A DNA stretch of 57,237 nt from a virus (lineage: Duplodnaviria > Caudoviricetes): the IMG/VR virus record IMGVR_UViG_3300049186_000021, positions 1 through 57,237 of that record. One strand, given 5' to 3'. Both the position numbers and the translations under genes were made by a program. Positions 38,204-48,057 of this stretch are shown here, piece by piece; the stretch's first letter is position 1; every line of letters begins with the position of its first letter. The notes under the pieces are model-generated. The model worked only from the letters and a program-made list of their open reading frames with translations, did no database searches and had not been told where the DNA came from.

Positions 38204-38926
38204 ATGAAAGCCTATCGATACATCCGCGTGTCAGGCCGGGGCCAACTAAACGGCGACGGCCCGGACCGCCAGCGTGACGCATGCGACAAGTTTTTCGCGC
38301 AACACGGTCTGGAATTCGCGGGCGAGTTTTTCGAGAAGGCAGTGTCAGGAAAACGGGAGGGCATGGATCGCCCTTCGTTCCGTGAGTTTATCGAGACTCA
38401 CGACGCGCATGTCTCGCAAGGTTTGACACCAATTGGTGTCATTGTGGTTGAGCGGATGGACCGGCTCGCGCGCGATCTCATGGTTAGCGAGATGCTTTTG
38501 AAGGAGTGCCGGGTTCGGGGGATCAAAGTTTACGCGTGCGATCATGAGGCGCTGATCGACGTTGCCTCGGACGCCGGAGACCCAACCCGAAAACTGATCC
38601 GGCAATTCATGGCCGCGCTCGCCGAGTGGCAGAAAAGCGAACTGGTGTTGAAGCTGGCCAAGGCTCGCGACCGGATTCGAAAAACGACGGGCCGGTGCGA
38701 GGGTCCGCTGCCGTATGGGGCCACAAATGGTCAGCGTCAAGTGGTCAACCAGCTTATCGCCTTGCGCGATTCTTCGATGACGTTTCAAGCCGTCGCCAAT
38801 TTTCTTAACGAGTCCGCGCTGCCTTCCCCTACTGGGAAGCCGTGGGATCGTAAAACGGTTCACTACCAGTATTCTAAACACACAATGAAAGGACAAACAT
38901 GCGCGGAGCATACACCCAATACGTAA
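38204..38926 (+). CDS. serine recombinase (resolvase family)
   Basis: YRYIRVS catalytic motif, EKAVSG, DRP, ERMDRLARD, PYG and C-terminal HTH. Confidence 0.92.
   Translation: MKAYRYIRVSGRGQLNGDGPDRQRDACDKFFAQHGLEFAGEFFEKAVSGKREGMDRPSFREFIETHDAHVSQGLTPIGVIVVERMDRLARDLMVSEMLLKECRVRGIKVYACDHEALIDVASDAGDPTRKLIRQFMAALAEWQKSELVLKLAKARDRIRKTTGRCEGPLPYGATNGQRQVVNQLIALRDSSMTFQAVANFLNESALPSPTGKPWDRKTVHYQYSKHTMKGQTCAEHTPNT
38424..38441. promoter_or_regulatory. palindrome copy 6, inside the recombinase coding sequence
   Basis: TGACACCAATTGGTGTCA, spanning the codons for LTPIGV. Confidence 0.85.
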
Positions 38927-39187
38927 AATCCAAAGGCGTCCGGCCCGAGGATGTTGTGGAGCAAGCAAAAGCTCGTCACAAGGAACAATGTGAGTTGCGG
39001 CTGGCCCGTATTATGAACGGGAAAGAGCCGGGCTACAAGAACGGCCATGGCGGAAAAAAGGGTTGACAAATTTGCCCAAGCATGACACTGTTTGGGCGAA
39101 CATGATAATGGCATTAATCTTAAATCGCCACGGAAAGGAGTCGCCTATGAAGTAATCGACACACTTTTGACGTATCAAATTGTTTTG

Positions 39188-39227
39188 CGGGCCGGGGATA
39201 ACAAAAACCCCGGCCCGTTTGATTTTT
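39188..39227 (+). terminator. probable terminator
   Basis: CGGGCCGGG/CCCGGCCCG followed by TTTGATTTTT. Confidence 0.5.
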
Positions 39228-39392
39228 GTGGACGGCACGGGATTTGCTTAGCACTATTTCCTTGTAACTTAAATGCGGGACAGTCGGCCAGAAGATGGAG
39301 ATGACGCCGCCGAGCGGCTTGACCGCTCTCTTTTGTTGACGCCGGGGCGGCGTTTGTTATGAACGTGACTAGCCCCGGCACCGTTTTGAGAT

Positions 39393-39869
39393 ATGATCGT
39401 CTACACCTACTACAATTCGGACGCGGACGCGCCGAAGGAACAAGCAAGATTCATTCGGCTCTGGTCTGAGAGTTGGCGCAAGTGGGGGTGGACTCCGCTG
39501 CTGCTCACAGATCGCATGGCGGATGAACATTTGGCCAGTCGGCGCAAGTTTACCCGTCTCACGAAGTCCTTGTTCGCCGTGAAGCATTACAACAAGCCGG
39601 GCGTGCTCGTCTCGGCCAACGTGATCAATTTTGGTCTGGAGCCGAAGCGGCTGGCCGCTGGCGGCGTGATGTTTTATCCGGGCTGCGTGGCGATCAGTCG
39701 AGACACGCTCCGGCAGATTGGCAAAAAGCGAGCCGTCATGACGAAGCTTGACTACCGGTTCGATATCTGCACCGATTTTCACACCCCTCCGTCGAGTCTC
39801 CCGTTGCTGCGGTTTGCGGACTGGGACGCTGACGACGTAATGGAAGCTATCCGCCGACGTGCTGACTGA
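39393..39869 (+). CDS. hypothetical protein, possibly a degenerate glycosyltransferase-like fold
   Basis: LWSESWRKWGWTPLLL...NVINF; no intact DxD motif. Confidence 0.4.
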   Translation: MIVYTYYNSDADAPKEQARFIRLWSESWRKWGWTPLLLTDRMADEHLASRRKFTRLTKSLFAVKHYNKPGVLVSANVINFGLEPKRLAAGGVMFYPGCVAISRDTLRQIGKKRAVMTKLDYRFDICTDFHTPPSSLPLLRFADWDADDVMEAIRRRAD

Positions 39870-41772
39870 CTATTTTCAAAAAGAAGTTGCTGCGCGTGTC
39901 GCGGCGATGGTCCACAAGGAGCAACTGAGGGAAGCCGCTCAGTTCGTTGTCGAGGTCTGCAAACTCCCGGTCAAAATCACGAACGACGACCCGCGTCACG
40001 TGATGCCGGTGCTCCAGAATTATCTCCACTATCTGCTCAACTCTGGCGGCATGGAGGAAGCCGCGCAGATTCTTTGGACCCCGACGCAGTTCTCCCCGGA
40101 GCCGCAGTCGGTCAAAGACATCTGGAGACTGTTTGATGAGGCGAGCAACGGGCTGATCATGGGCGCAGCGTCCATGTCGAAGTCTTACTCCTTCGGCGTG
40201 CGGCTGATGCTCGAATGGATTCGCGACCCGAACTGGACCGCTGTGCGCGTCGTCGGCCCGAGCGAGTCCCACTTGGAACAGAATCTTTTTTCGCATCTGG
40301 TCGGGCTGCATCGCGACGCGAAGCTTCCGATGCCCGGCGAAGTCGGCGATCTCTACATTGGCATGGACCGGCGCAATCAGGTGTCCGCGATTCGTGGCGT
40401 TGTCATTCCCATTGGCTCGAATAAAAAGTCCGGTCGTTTGCAAGGAACGAAGCGCAAGCCGCGTCCGAAGCCGCATCCGATCTTTGGTCCACTGTCGCGC
40501 CTTTTCATTTTCATCGACGAGTTAGAGAACGTGCCGCAGGGTTTGTGGAAGGACATCGACAACATCCTGTCGCAAGTCGAAGACGAGGGCGCGGGCAAAC
40601 AGACGTTTAAACTGTTCGGCGCTTACAATCCCACGGACCAGAGCAACGAGTTGGGCAAGCGTGCTGAGCCACAGTTCGGATGGGAAAACTTCGACGTGGA
40701 TCAGCACTTCCGATGGAAGTCGATTCGTGGCTGGGAAGTGTTGCGTCTCGACGGCGAGAAGTGTGAGAACGTGGTGCAGGGCAAGACGGTGTATCCCGGC
40801 TTGCAGACTCGGGCGGGGCTCCAGAAGATTGCCGAGAACGGTGGCGGTCGGCAGTCGGCGGGGTATTTCACGCAGGGGCGCGGCGCGTATCCTCCGCAGG
40901 GCGTCGAGCTTACCGTCATTCCTCCGGGCATGTTCCCGAAGTGGCGTGGCGAATTTGTATGGTATGAAGAACCGATCCGGGTAGGCGCGCTCGACACGGC
41001 GCTCGAAGGTGGCGCAGCCGCCAGCTACACGCTCGGCTCGTGGGGCCGCGCCTCGGGCAAGAAGCTGCCGCCGTCAATCGAGCACCCCAACGGGTTGACG
41101 GTCATGTTCAAGGACAAGATGGGTCAGGTGACTCCACGCTGGGGTCTGTCAGTCGATCAGCAGTTCGTGCTGCCGAAGGGTGACACCATCGCGATGAAAG
41201 AGGAAGTGCTGCGCATCAACAAGCACGCGGGTGTGCGTCCAGAATTTTTCGCTATCGACCGCACGGGCAACGGCTCCGGCGTGTCGGACTTGATCAAGTA
41301 TGAGTGGTCGTCCGCGATCCACGAGATTAATTTTTACGGCTCTCCCAGCGAAGGAAAGATCATGCTGGAGGATAGCAAGCTGTGCGCCGAGGACTTCGAC
41401 CGCATTTGCTCGGAGCTTTGGTTCGCGTTGCGCGCGTTCGGAGAGTTTGGGTATATGCTCATCAATCCTGCGATTGATCTTTCGAAGCTGACGCAACAGG
41501 TGACGCAGCGCCGTTTTCGTTCGGGGGCGAAGCGCCGGGTGGAGTCTAAGAAGGATTACATGAGCCGTGGCTACGCCAGCCCGGACGATGCGGACTCGCT
41601 CACACTGCTTGTGCTGGCTGCGCGCCGGGGGGCTCAGGTGACGCTTTCGATGCGGGGGGTGGACGTGGAAGCCAACGATGGGTTTGATGATTGGTGGGAG
41701 GTTGGCCGGGATGTTCAGAATGGGGTCTACATTGACCCTTCCAACCGCAGCGATTATTTGGGGGTGGAATGA
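39859..41772 (+). CDS. terL: terminase large subunit
   Basis: Walker A variant GAASMSKS, Walker B FIFIDE, AYNP, RNase H-like ALDTA, IDRTGNG, SPDDADSL. Confidence 0.85.
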   Translation: MLTDYFQKEVAARVAAMVHKEQLREAAQFVVEVCKLPVKITNDDPRHVMPVLQNYLHYLLNSGGMEEAAQILWTPTQFSPEPQSVKDIWRLFDEASNGLIMGAASMSKSYSFGVRLMLEWIRDPNWTAVRVVGPSESHLEQNLFSHLVGLHRDAKLPMPGEVGDLYIGMDRRNQVSAIRGVVIPIGSNKKSGRLQGTKRKPRPKPHPIFGPLSRLFIFIDELENVPQGLWKDIDNILSQVEDEGAGKQTFKLFGAYNPTDQSNELGKRAEPQFGWENFDVDQHFRWKSIRGWEVLRLDGEKCENVVQGKTVYPGLQTRAGLQKIAENGGGRQSAGYFTQGRGAYPPQGVELTVIPPGMFPKWRGEFVWYEEPIRVGALDTALEGGAAASYTLGSWGRASGKKLPPSIEHPNGLTVMFKDKMGQVTPRWGLSVDQQFVLPKGDTIAMKEEVLRINKHAGVRPEFFAIDRTGNGSGVSDLIKYEWSSAIHEINFYGSPSEGKIMLEDSKLCAEDFDRICSELWFALRAFGEFGYMLINPAIDLSKLTQQVTQRRFRSGAKRRVESKKDYMSRGYASPDDADSLTLLVLAARRGAQVTLSMRGVDVEANDGFDDWWEVGRDVQNGVYIDPSNRSDYLGVE

Positions 41773-42347
41773 AACGCATAAACGTCAACCTCTATCCGAA
41801 GGACGGATACTTTTTTATCGAGCAGGACCAGTCGATGCACCGTGGCCAGTCGTGGACGGAGGTTGTTTCTAGGGTCAGGTCTTACCGAAAACGAAATCAA
41901 TTGCCGCCCGGAAACCCGGAGCAGGAAATTCATGACCAAGCGTGCAAGCGGAACGAGAGTTTGTGTCATGACGAGAACCCGGAGCAGGTGAAAGCGGAGT
42001 TGCGGAAGACTTCGCTCAAGGGCCGGGTGCTGAAATGGTTCAACACGATACGAAAAGCGCGCGCCGAGCGAGAGCAGCAATACGTTTCTGAGACAGAAGC
42101 GAAGGCGCGGGCGCTGGTTTGTGCGAACTGCCCGCATAATCAACCGTATCCGAGCGGCTGTGGGTCATGCAAGGCCGCAGTTCGGGCTTCCCGTGAGGAA
42201 ATTTTGGGCAAGCGGGTCGCTGATGGTCGTTTAAACGGTTGCAATGTGCTAGGGGAAGACTCCGCGACTTCCGTGCATCTCGATCAGGTGCGCGTGAATG
42301 ACGCCGAGCTACCGTCGTTCTGTTGGAGAAAGCAAAAAACCGTATGA
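41769..42347 (+). CDS. Cys-rich hypothetical protein
   Basis: RALVCANCPHN, CGSC, CW. Confidence 0.6.
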   Translation: MKRINVNLYPKDGYFFIEQDQSMHRGQSWTEVVSRVRSYRKRNQLPPGNPEQEIHDQACKRNESLCHDENPEQVKAELRKTSLKGRVLKWFNTIRKARAEREQQYVSETEAKARALVCANCPHNQPYPSGCGSCKAAVRASREEILGKRVADGRLNGCNVLGEDSATSVHLDQVRVNDAELPSFCWRKQKTV

Positions 42348-42619
42348 AAATGCTTCTCATGATGCCGTTTCGTGCCCTCGCCGCCGTGTTACGGGTGTCC
42401 ATCGCTCGGCTTTTTGGGTTTAAGGTGCTCGCTACCACCGAATTAAGTGAACAGCGTCATAAAATTTGTGAGCGGTGCGATTTTTTTGACCCGATGGAGT
42501 TGCAGTGTTTGAAGTGCGGATGTTTTACAGAGGCGAAGACTGCCATGAACACCGAAAAATGTCCCCTTGACAAGTGGCCGAGGGTGTGGATCAAAAAGCC
42601 GTTGGCGAAACGCCAATAA
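42344..42619 (+). CDS. small Cys-rich protein
   Basis: R..ICERC...QCLKCGCF..AKT.....CPLDKW. Confidence 0.7.
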   Translation: MKMLLMMPFRALAAVLRVSIARLFGFKVLATTELSEQRHKICERCDFFDPMELQCLKCGCFTEAKTAMNTEKCPLDKWPRVWIKKPLAKRQ

Positions 42620-42644
42620 TTCGGCACTGTTTTAACGACCTGAT

Positions 42645-44759
42645 ATGCCTTTAGAAACAAAGCCGTCAACTCAGCCCCCGAAAGACTTCACCGGGGGCCT
42701 AATCGAGTCGCCGGAGATCAATAAGTCCGGCGAACCGACTCGGCGTTCGATCACCAGCGTCCAAATGGGCGTCGAAGTTGTCAAACAGGTCATTCAGGCC
42801 GGGCGAAACCGCGCAATTGTCAGTTCCCGCATCCTCGCCAAGTATAATTCCGAGAAACCTTACGACTCGAAGAAGCTCGAACAGGACGGACTGGGCTGGC
42901 GGCAGAATTTCAGCACCAAACCCCTCGCCAGTTTGATCGAAAAGGTCTTCCCTCGGCTCACTGAGGCCGTTGGGGGCCTGAAATACTTCACCGACTCGTC
43001 CCTGCCGGACTCCTACGAAAACTCGGTCGAGAAAACGGAAACTTTTCGTGACACGATTACAAAGACGATTCGCAACAAGAAGGGTTGGACGACGACCCTC
43101 GAAAACATCGCCTTCGACGACTCCCTTTTTGGTTCTACGGTCCTTGCATGGCTGGATGAATACAACTTTATGCCGCAGCACTTCCGCTGCGATGAAGTTT
43201 TCCTCGCCGATGGGACCAAACAGAACGTCAACTTTGCACAAGTCGTGGTTTTACGGGAAAATCTTTTACCGCACGAACTTTTTGCGATGATCGAGGACGC
43301 CGATGCCGCCAAGGCAGTCGGTTGGAAGCTCGACGCGTGCCGCGAGGCCATCAACAAGGCCGCGCCGAAGCAAATTGCCGAGAGATTGGGGACGAGTGGT
43401 AATATCGAAGCGTGGTATCAGAACGCGCAGCGCGAATTGACCATCGGTGCCTCTTACATGGCCGGAGTAAGCGTCGTGTGCATCTATTCGCTGCTCGTGC
43501 GAGAGGTTACGGGCAAAGTTTCGCACTATCGATTCGTGGGCGATGAATACAAGCTGATTTTCGAGCACGACGACCGGTTTGACAGTATGCAGGACTGTCT
43601 CGCGTTCTTCTCATACGAGAAGGGCAATGACACCATGCACGGCAGCAAGGGGATTGGTCGCAATCTCTACGAATTGGCCGGGATGATCGACCGCGCGCGC
43701 AATGAAGTTGTGGATCGCGCGATCATGTCGGGAAAAACGCTCGTGCAAGGGGACATCAAGAAAATCAATCAGTTCAAGATGTCCGTGGTGGGCGCGATGG
43801 CTATCGTCCCGACTGGTTGGACCTTTCTCGAACAGAAAATCGACGGTAACGTCGAGCCGTTCTTGAAACTCGACGCTTATTTTTCATCGCTCGCCGATCA
43901 ACTCATCGGTTCGGTCAGCACCCCGAAGGTTGAGGGCGAAGCTTTTCGGTCTCCGCAGGCGTGGGCGCTTTTGGCGCAACGTGAGGAAGAAGGACGCGAC
44001 GCGAAGATCGCTCGTTTTCTTAATCAGTTCACGTGTTTGATCGCCACGATGCAGCGCCGTATTTGTGACCCGGATACCGCTGATAAAGATGCGAAAGCTG
44101 CGCAGGAGAAGTTACTGAAGCACATGACTCGCGAAGAACTGGATGTGCTCGCGAAACAGCCGGTTGCAGCTTCGATTGTTGATCTGACTCCTATCGAGCG
44201 ACAACTTGTGGTCGCTATCGCCGCCGAAAAACGCGGCAACCCCCTTTACAATCAACGCCAGCTTGAAGTCGAAGACCTTACCAATCGAATTGGTTCTGAC
44301 TTCGCCAAACGTGTGCTGTTGCCGACAAATGATCCGACTGAGGAAGCGGAGCAGAAGCGGTTGCAGCAGTTGGAAATGACGTTGCTCACGCAAGCGCAGC
44401 CGGTGCCGGTCAGTCCTCGGGACAATCACATGATCCATTTGGAGATCATGGTGCCGGTCGCCGAAGGCATGGCGCAGCAGCTTATGCAGGGCGGCGCGGA
44501 TACGGCAGTTTTGGAAGCGGTCCTCGCGCATATCACAGAGCATTACAATCGCGCCGTCGAGCAGAAAGTGGCCACGAAGGAACAACTCGCGCCTATTGCG
44601 CAACTCGTCAAGAAAGCCGGGCAGGCTATAGCGGAGTTGAAGGCGCTCGATCAGCAGGCCGCGCAGCTTCAGCAAGAGTCTGCGGCGCTCGATCAAGCCG
44701 CGATGATGGAAGAACAGGCGATGGCTGCCGGTATCGATCCTAACATTCCACTCCAGTGA
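42645..44759 (+). CDS. portal protein
   Basis: 704 aa, helical, follows terL, Q/A-rich C-terminal barrel; assigned mainly by synteny. Confidence 0.7.
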   Translation: MPLETKPSTQPPKDFTGGLIESPEINKSGEPTRRSITSVQMGVEVVKQVIQAGRNRAIVSSRILAKYNSEKPYDSKKLEQDGLGWRQNFSTKPLASLIEKVFPRLTEAVGGLKYFTDSSLPDSYENSVEKTETFRDTITKTIRNKKGWTTTLENIAFDDSLFGSTVLAWLDEYNFMPQHFRCDEVFLADGTKQNVNFAQVVVLRENLLPHELFAMIEDADAAKAVGWKLDACREAINKAAPKQIAERLGTSGNIEAWYQNAQRELTIGASYMAGVSVVCIYSLLVREVTGKVSHYRFVGDEYKLIFEHDDRFDSMQDCLAFFSYEKGNDTMHGSKGIGRNLYELAGMIDRARNEVVDRAIMSGKTLVQGDIKKINQFKMSVVGAMAIVPTGWTFLEQKIDGNVEPFLKLDAYFSSLADQLIGSVSTPKVEGEAFRSPQAWALLAQREEEGRDAKIARFLNQFTCLIATMQRRICDPDTADKDAKAAQEKLLKHMTREELDVLAKQPVAASIVDLTPIERQLVVAIAAEKRGNPLYNQRQLEVEDLTNRIGSDFAKRVLLPTNDPTEEAEQKRLQQLEMTLLTQAQPVPVSPRDNHMIHLEIMVPVAEGMAQQLMQGGADTAVLEAVLAHITEHYNRAVEQKVATKEQLAPIAQLVKKAGQAIAELKALDQQAAQLQQESAALDQAAMMEEQAMAAGIDPNIPLQ

Positions 44760-44774
44760 AATTCTTAACCTACC

Positions 44775-45086
44775 ATGATTACAAACGAACCTCTCGATTG
44801 GTCGAGTGACGACGAACTTAACCTTCGTGCGTTTCTAGCCACACCCACAGGAAAACGATTTCTTCCGAAGCTGTGTGAAGCTTCTCCCGTGAATTTGCCC
44901 AAAGGCGAAATCCCGGAAGTGCTCATTCGGAGCGGGGAAGTGCGCGGCTTTTCGGATGCCGTTCGCACCATTCTGTCGCTTACAGTTCGGCCACAGATCG
45001 ATAGTGTCGAACTGAACCAAACTACAAACTATCCGGCCCTCGAAAATGACGCGGCGTGGACGGATGGTCAAAAATCAAACGCGTAA
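44775..45086 (+). CDS. hypothetical head-associated protein
   Basis: FLATPTGKRFL; lies between portal and scaffold. Confidence 0.6.
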   Translation: MITNEPLDWSSDDELNLRAFLATPTGKRFLPKLCEASPVNLPKGEIPEVLIRSGEVRGFSDAVRTILSLTVRPQIDSVELNQTTNYPALENDAAWTDGQKSNA

Positions 45087-45095
45087 CCTACTCAT

Positions 45096-46475
45096 ATGCC
45101 AGACGAAAACAAAACGGGCGAAGGTTTTCCCGACCCTAGCAAAAACAATGAGGAAGTGGCTCAAAAACTGAAAGATCAGGATGTCCACTCTCAAAACAAT
45201 GTTGACCTGAAATCTCCTTCTGACGCACTCGACGCTTTGGTCGAAGCTAAGAAGAAAGAAAAGGAAGACGAAGACGCGACTCCGGCACCCGATAAAAAAG
45301 ACGATGCGACACCGCCTGCGAAAACCGAGGCCGAGCTTGCCGCCGAGAAAAAGGCGCAAGACGAGGCTGCGGCCAAGGCTGCGGAAGCCGAAGTGGCAAA
45401 GAAACGCGCCGACGAAATTTTCAAAGACACGCCGACGTTGCCACCGAACGCCAGCCCGAAGTCCACGGAAGCGTTCGCTACGATTAAGATCAAGGCGGCG
45501 CAAGAGATTACGGCCCGTGATGCAAAGATCGAAGAACTGACGAAACGTAACGCGGAATTGGAGAGCACCGTCAAGCAGAGCAAGCCGCTCACGCCGGAGA
45601 CGGAGAAAGAGATCGAGGAACTTCGGAAGTTCCGCGCTCGTCTGGATGTGGAAACTGATCCGCAGTTTAAACAGTTTGACAAGGCGGCTGACGCCGCGCG
45701 TGAATTCATTTACGCGCAGTTGAAAAAGTCCCCGGTCGTCACCGATGACGTGATTGCTGAGATCAAGAAGCACGGCGGGCCTGACAACGTTAAGCTCGAA
45801 AAGATTTTCGAGGCCGTGAAAGACCCGACGATTCAGCGATTGGTCGAGTCGAAGATTGCCGACATTGAAATGGCCAAGCATAACAAGCAGCAGGCCATCG
45901 CTTCTGCCAAGGAGAACATCAACCAGTATCTTCAGGAGCGGGAGAAGTCCATTGGCGAATCCGCGCAGGCTCACAACAAAGCCACGCAGGGGGCCTTTGA
46001 CCGGCTTCTTACGAGTGAGGCGCTTCAGTGGATGAAACCTAAAACCGTTGACGCGAAAGCGGACGAGGCCGCAAAGAAAGCCGCCGATGAGCACAATGCG
46101 TTTGTCAAGGTGACACAAGAGCAACTCACGAGTGCCTTGAACGACGACTCCCCGGAGATGCGTGCGATCCTTCTGGCCGGTATGGCTCAGTTGCTTCAAA
46201 CGCAACGGGTTCACGCCGCTGATAAAGCTCGGCTGGCGTCCATCGAGGCTGACCACAAGAAAGTGGTTGACGGGCATCTCGCCACAATCAAAGAGCTTCA
46301 GGGCAAGCTCGACAAGATCAAGGGTGCCAGCGTCTCGCGCCTTGAACAGACTGGCGCGGCCCCCGGTGGAAAACCGCCTTCGACGGTCAAAGAAGGCGAA
46401 ATCGATACTCGTCCTACGGTGCAAGCTCTCGACGATATCGCTCGCGACATCCGCGAGAAGCGTAACGCGAGTTAA
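45096..46475 (+). CDS. putative capsid scaffolding protein
   Basis: highly charged K/E/A-rich coiled coil downstream of the portal. Confidence 0.55.
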   Translation: MPDENKTGEGFPDPSKNNEEVAQKLKDQDVHSQNNVDLKSPSDALDALVEAKKKEKEDEDATPAPDKKDDATPPAKTEAELAAEKKAQDEAAAKAAEAEVAKKRADEIFKDTPTLPPNASPKSTEAFATIKIKAAQEITARDAKIEELTKRNAELESTVKQSKPLTPETEKEIEELRKFRARLDVETDPQFKQFDKAADAAREFIYAQLKKSPVVTDDVIAEIKKHGGPDNVKLEKIFEAVKDPTIQRLVESKIADIEMAKHNKQQAIASAKENINQYLQEREKSIGESAQAHNKATQGAFDRLLTSEALQWMKPKTVDAKADEAAKKAADEHNAFVKVTQEQLTSALNDDSPEMRAILLAGMAQLLQTQRVHAADKARLASIEADHKKVVDGHLATIKELQGKLDKIKGASVSRLEQTGAAPGGKPPSTVKEGEIDTRPTVQALDDIARDIREKRNAS

Positions 46476-47368
46476 TGCACAGCGATCACACAGAGGGAGC
46501 GCCGGGTGTTCCGGCGCTCCCAATGTCCACGGTCCGGGTCTTCGGCAAGAAGATCATGATCGTCATGCCTTGGTCTAAGACCATCAACCCAATCACTGCT
46601 TTTTCGGTCATGCAGTTAATTGACCGACGACGCACCGCGTCGATGTTGAATTATGGGGATGCCTTTATTGCGCACAGTCGTAATAGCTGTGCTGACGTTT
46701 TTCTTCAATCCGACATGGAATGGATGCTCACCGTGGACGATGACATGTTGCTGCCTTATGGCAATGCGCAGTGGTATCGAGCATATACGGGGTGGAATTG
46801 GTATCCTGATCCGTTTGCTTCGTTTAACACTCTCGACCGGCTTATGTCTCACGGGAAGACGATTATTGGTGCGCTTTATTTTGGTCGCCATCGTAACGGT
46901 CCTCCTGTATACGCGGAGGGTTCAATCGCCTCAGAATCCGCTTACGCTAGGTCCGGCCCCCACGACGTAATCAAAGCTACGAATTGGGTGGGCACGGGAG
47001 CGATGCTGATTCATCGATCTGTTTACGAGGACATCGAGAAAAAGTTCCCAGTGTTGGCGCGTGGTGCCAACGGAAAAGGGGGAAATTGGTTCACCAGTTC
47101 AGAGCATAACTTACTGGATGGGGTGCGACGAGTCCATCAGATGCTCGGTCAGGATGGACCGATGGATGGGACCAAGGCGCTCAAGGCTTACGAGATGCTT
47201 GAGGGCATCGTGAAGTCTACGGAGAAGAATTCATCCCTTGGTATGGGGGAGGACGTTGTATTTTGTCGTCGGGCGCGCGAGGCCGGTCATCAGGTCTTCA
47301 TTGACATGGGGTTGATTGCGGGGCACGTAGGCCATTGTGTTTACGGGCCAAAAAATACAGGTCAGTGA
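46475..47368 (+). CDS. glycosyltransferase (GT-A/GT2-like)
   Basis: IAHSRN, LTVDDDM, VGTGAMLIHRSV, GEDVVFC, GHVG. Confidence 0.8.
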   Translation: MHSDHTEGAPGVPALPMSTVRVFGKKIMIVMPWSKTINPITAFSVMQLIDRRRTASMLNYGDAFIAHSRNSCADVFLQSDMEWMLTVDDDMLLPYGNAQWYRAYTGWNWYPDPFASFNTLDRLMSHGKTIIGALYFGRHRNGPPVYAEGSIASESAYARSGPHDVIKATNWVGTGAMLIHRSVYEDIEKKFPVLARGANGKGGNWFTSSEHNLLDGVRRVHQMLGQDGPMDGTKALKAYEMLEGIVKSTEKNSSLGMGEDVVFCRRAREAGHQVFIDMGLIAGHVGHCVYGPKNTGQ

Positions 47369-48057
47369 TACCGCAACCTCCAGACAGTTTGCTTGTCGCC
47401 GGGCACCTTGAGTTTGGCGACGCACTGGTTTTGAATGGACTCATCCGAGAACTGGCGAAGACGGAGTCGAGGATTGTTTGGCTTACCAGCACAAGCTACG
47501 TGCGCGCCGTTCGAGAGATGATGCTCGATCTGCCGAATGTGGAAGTCATGGCGGCGCTCAGTTACGACGAAGTCAGACACAGGTGGATGCCGATTTGGCC
47601 GCGCAAGCTGTGCCTCGGTTATTTCAATCCCAACGGGTTTGACGAGTCAAAGTGGGACTCGGAGATGTATCGGCAGGCGGGGATGTCCTTCGATCTCCGA
47701 TGGACTAATTTTCGACTGCCTAAAAAACTTTGGGATAAGCCCGGCTACACACGCCGCGAGACCGTCGTCTTTCACGAAGACCCGAGGCGGGCTTTTTTCG
47801 TCAAGCGCAACATGCTGCCACAGAATTTGGAACAAATCCGAATCGATCAACGCCCGTCTATACTTGACTGGCTTCCTGATATCTATGCGGCCAAGGAGCT
47901 TCATTTCATCGACTCAAGTTTTCTGAATCTGGCCGAGTCGCTTTACGCGATGGGATTTTTGCGTGACAAGTCACTGGTATTTCATAAATATGCGAAGGCG
48001 TATCCCGGCAAGTCGCGGTGGCCGGTGCTTCGCGCTCCATGGATGGTGTTCGAATGA
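47365..48057 (+). CDS. glycosyltransferase-like protein (GT-B-like)
   Basis: HLEFGDALVLNGLIR and AKELHFIDSSFLNL. Confidence 0.55.
   Translation: MIPQPPDSLLVAGHLEFGDALVLNGLIRELAKTESRIVWLTSTSYVRAVREMMLDLPNVEVMAALSYDEVRHRWMPIWPRKLCLGYFNPNGFDESKWDSEMYRQAGMSFDLRWTNFRLPKKLWDKPGYTRRETVVFHEDPRRAFFVKRNMLPQNLEQIRIDQRPSILDWLPDIYAAKELHFIDSSFLNLAESLYAMGFLRDKSLVFHKYAKAYPGKSRWPVLRAPWMVFE

Noticed and set aside
38204-38926. IS607-type transposon
   Set aside because: No N-terminal MerR-like HTH and no adjacent tnpB; the architecture is catalytic domain first, as in resolvases.
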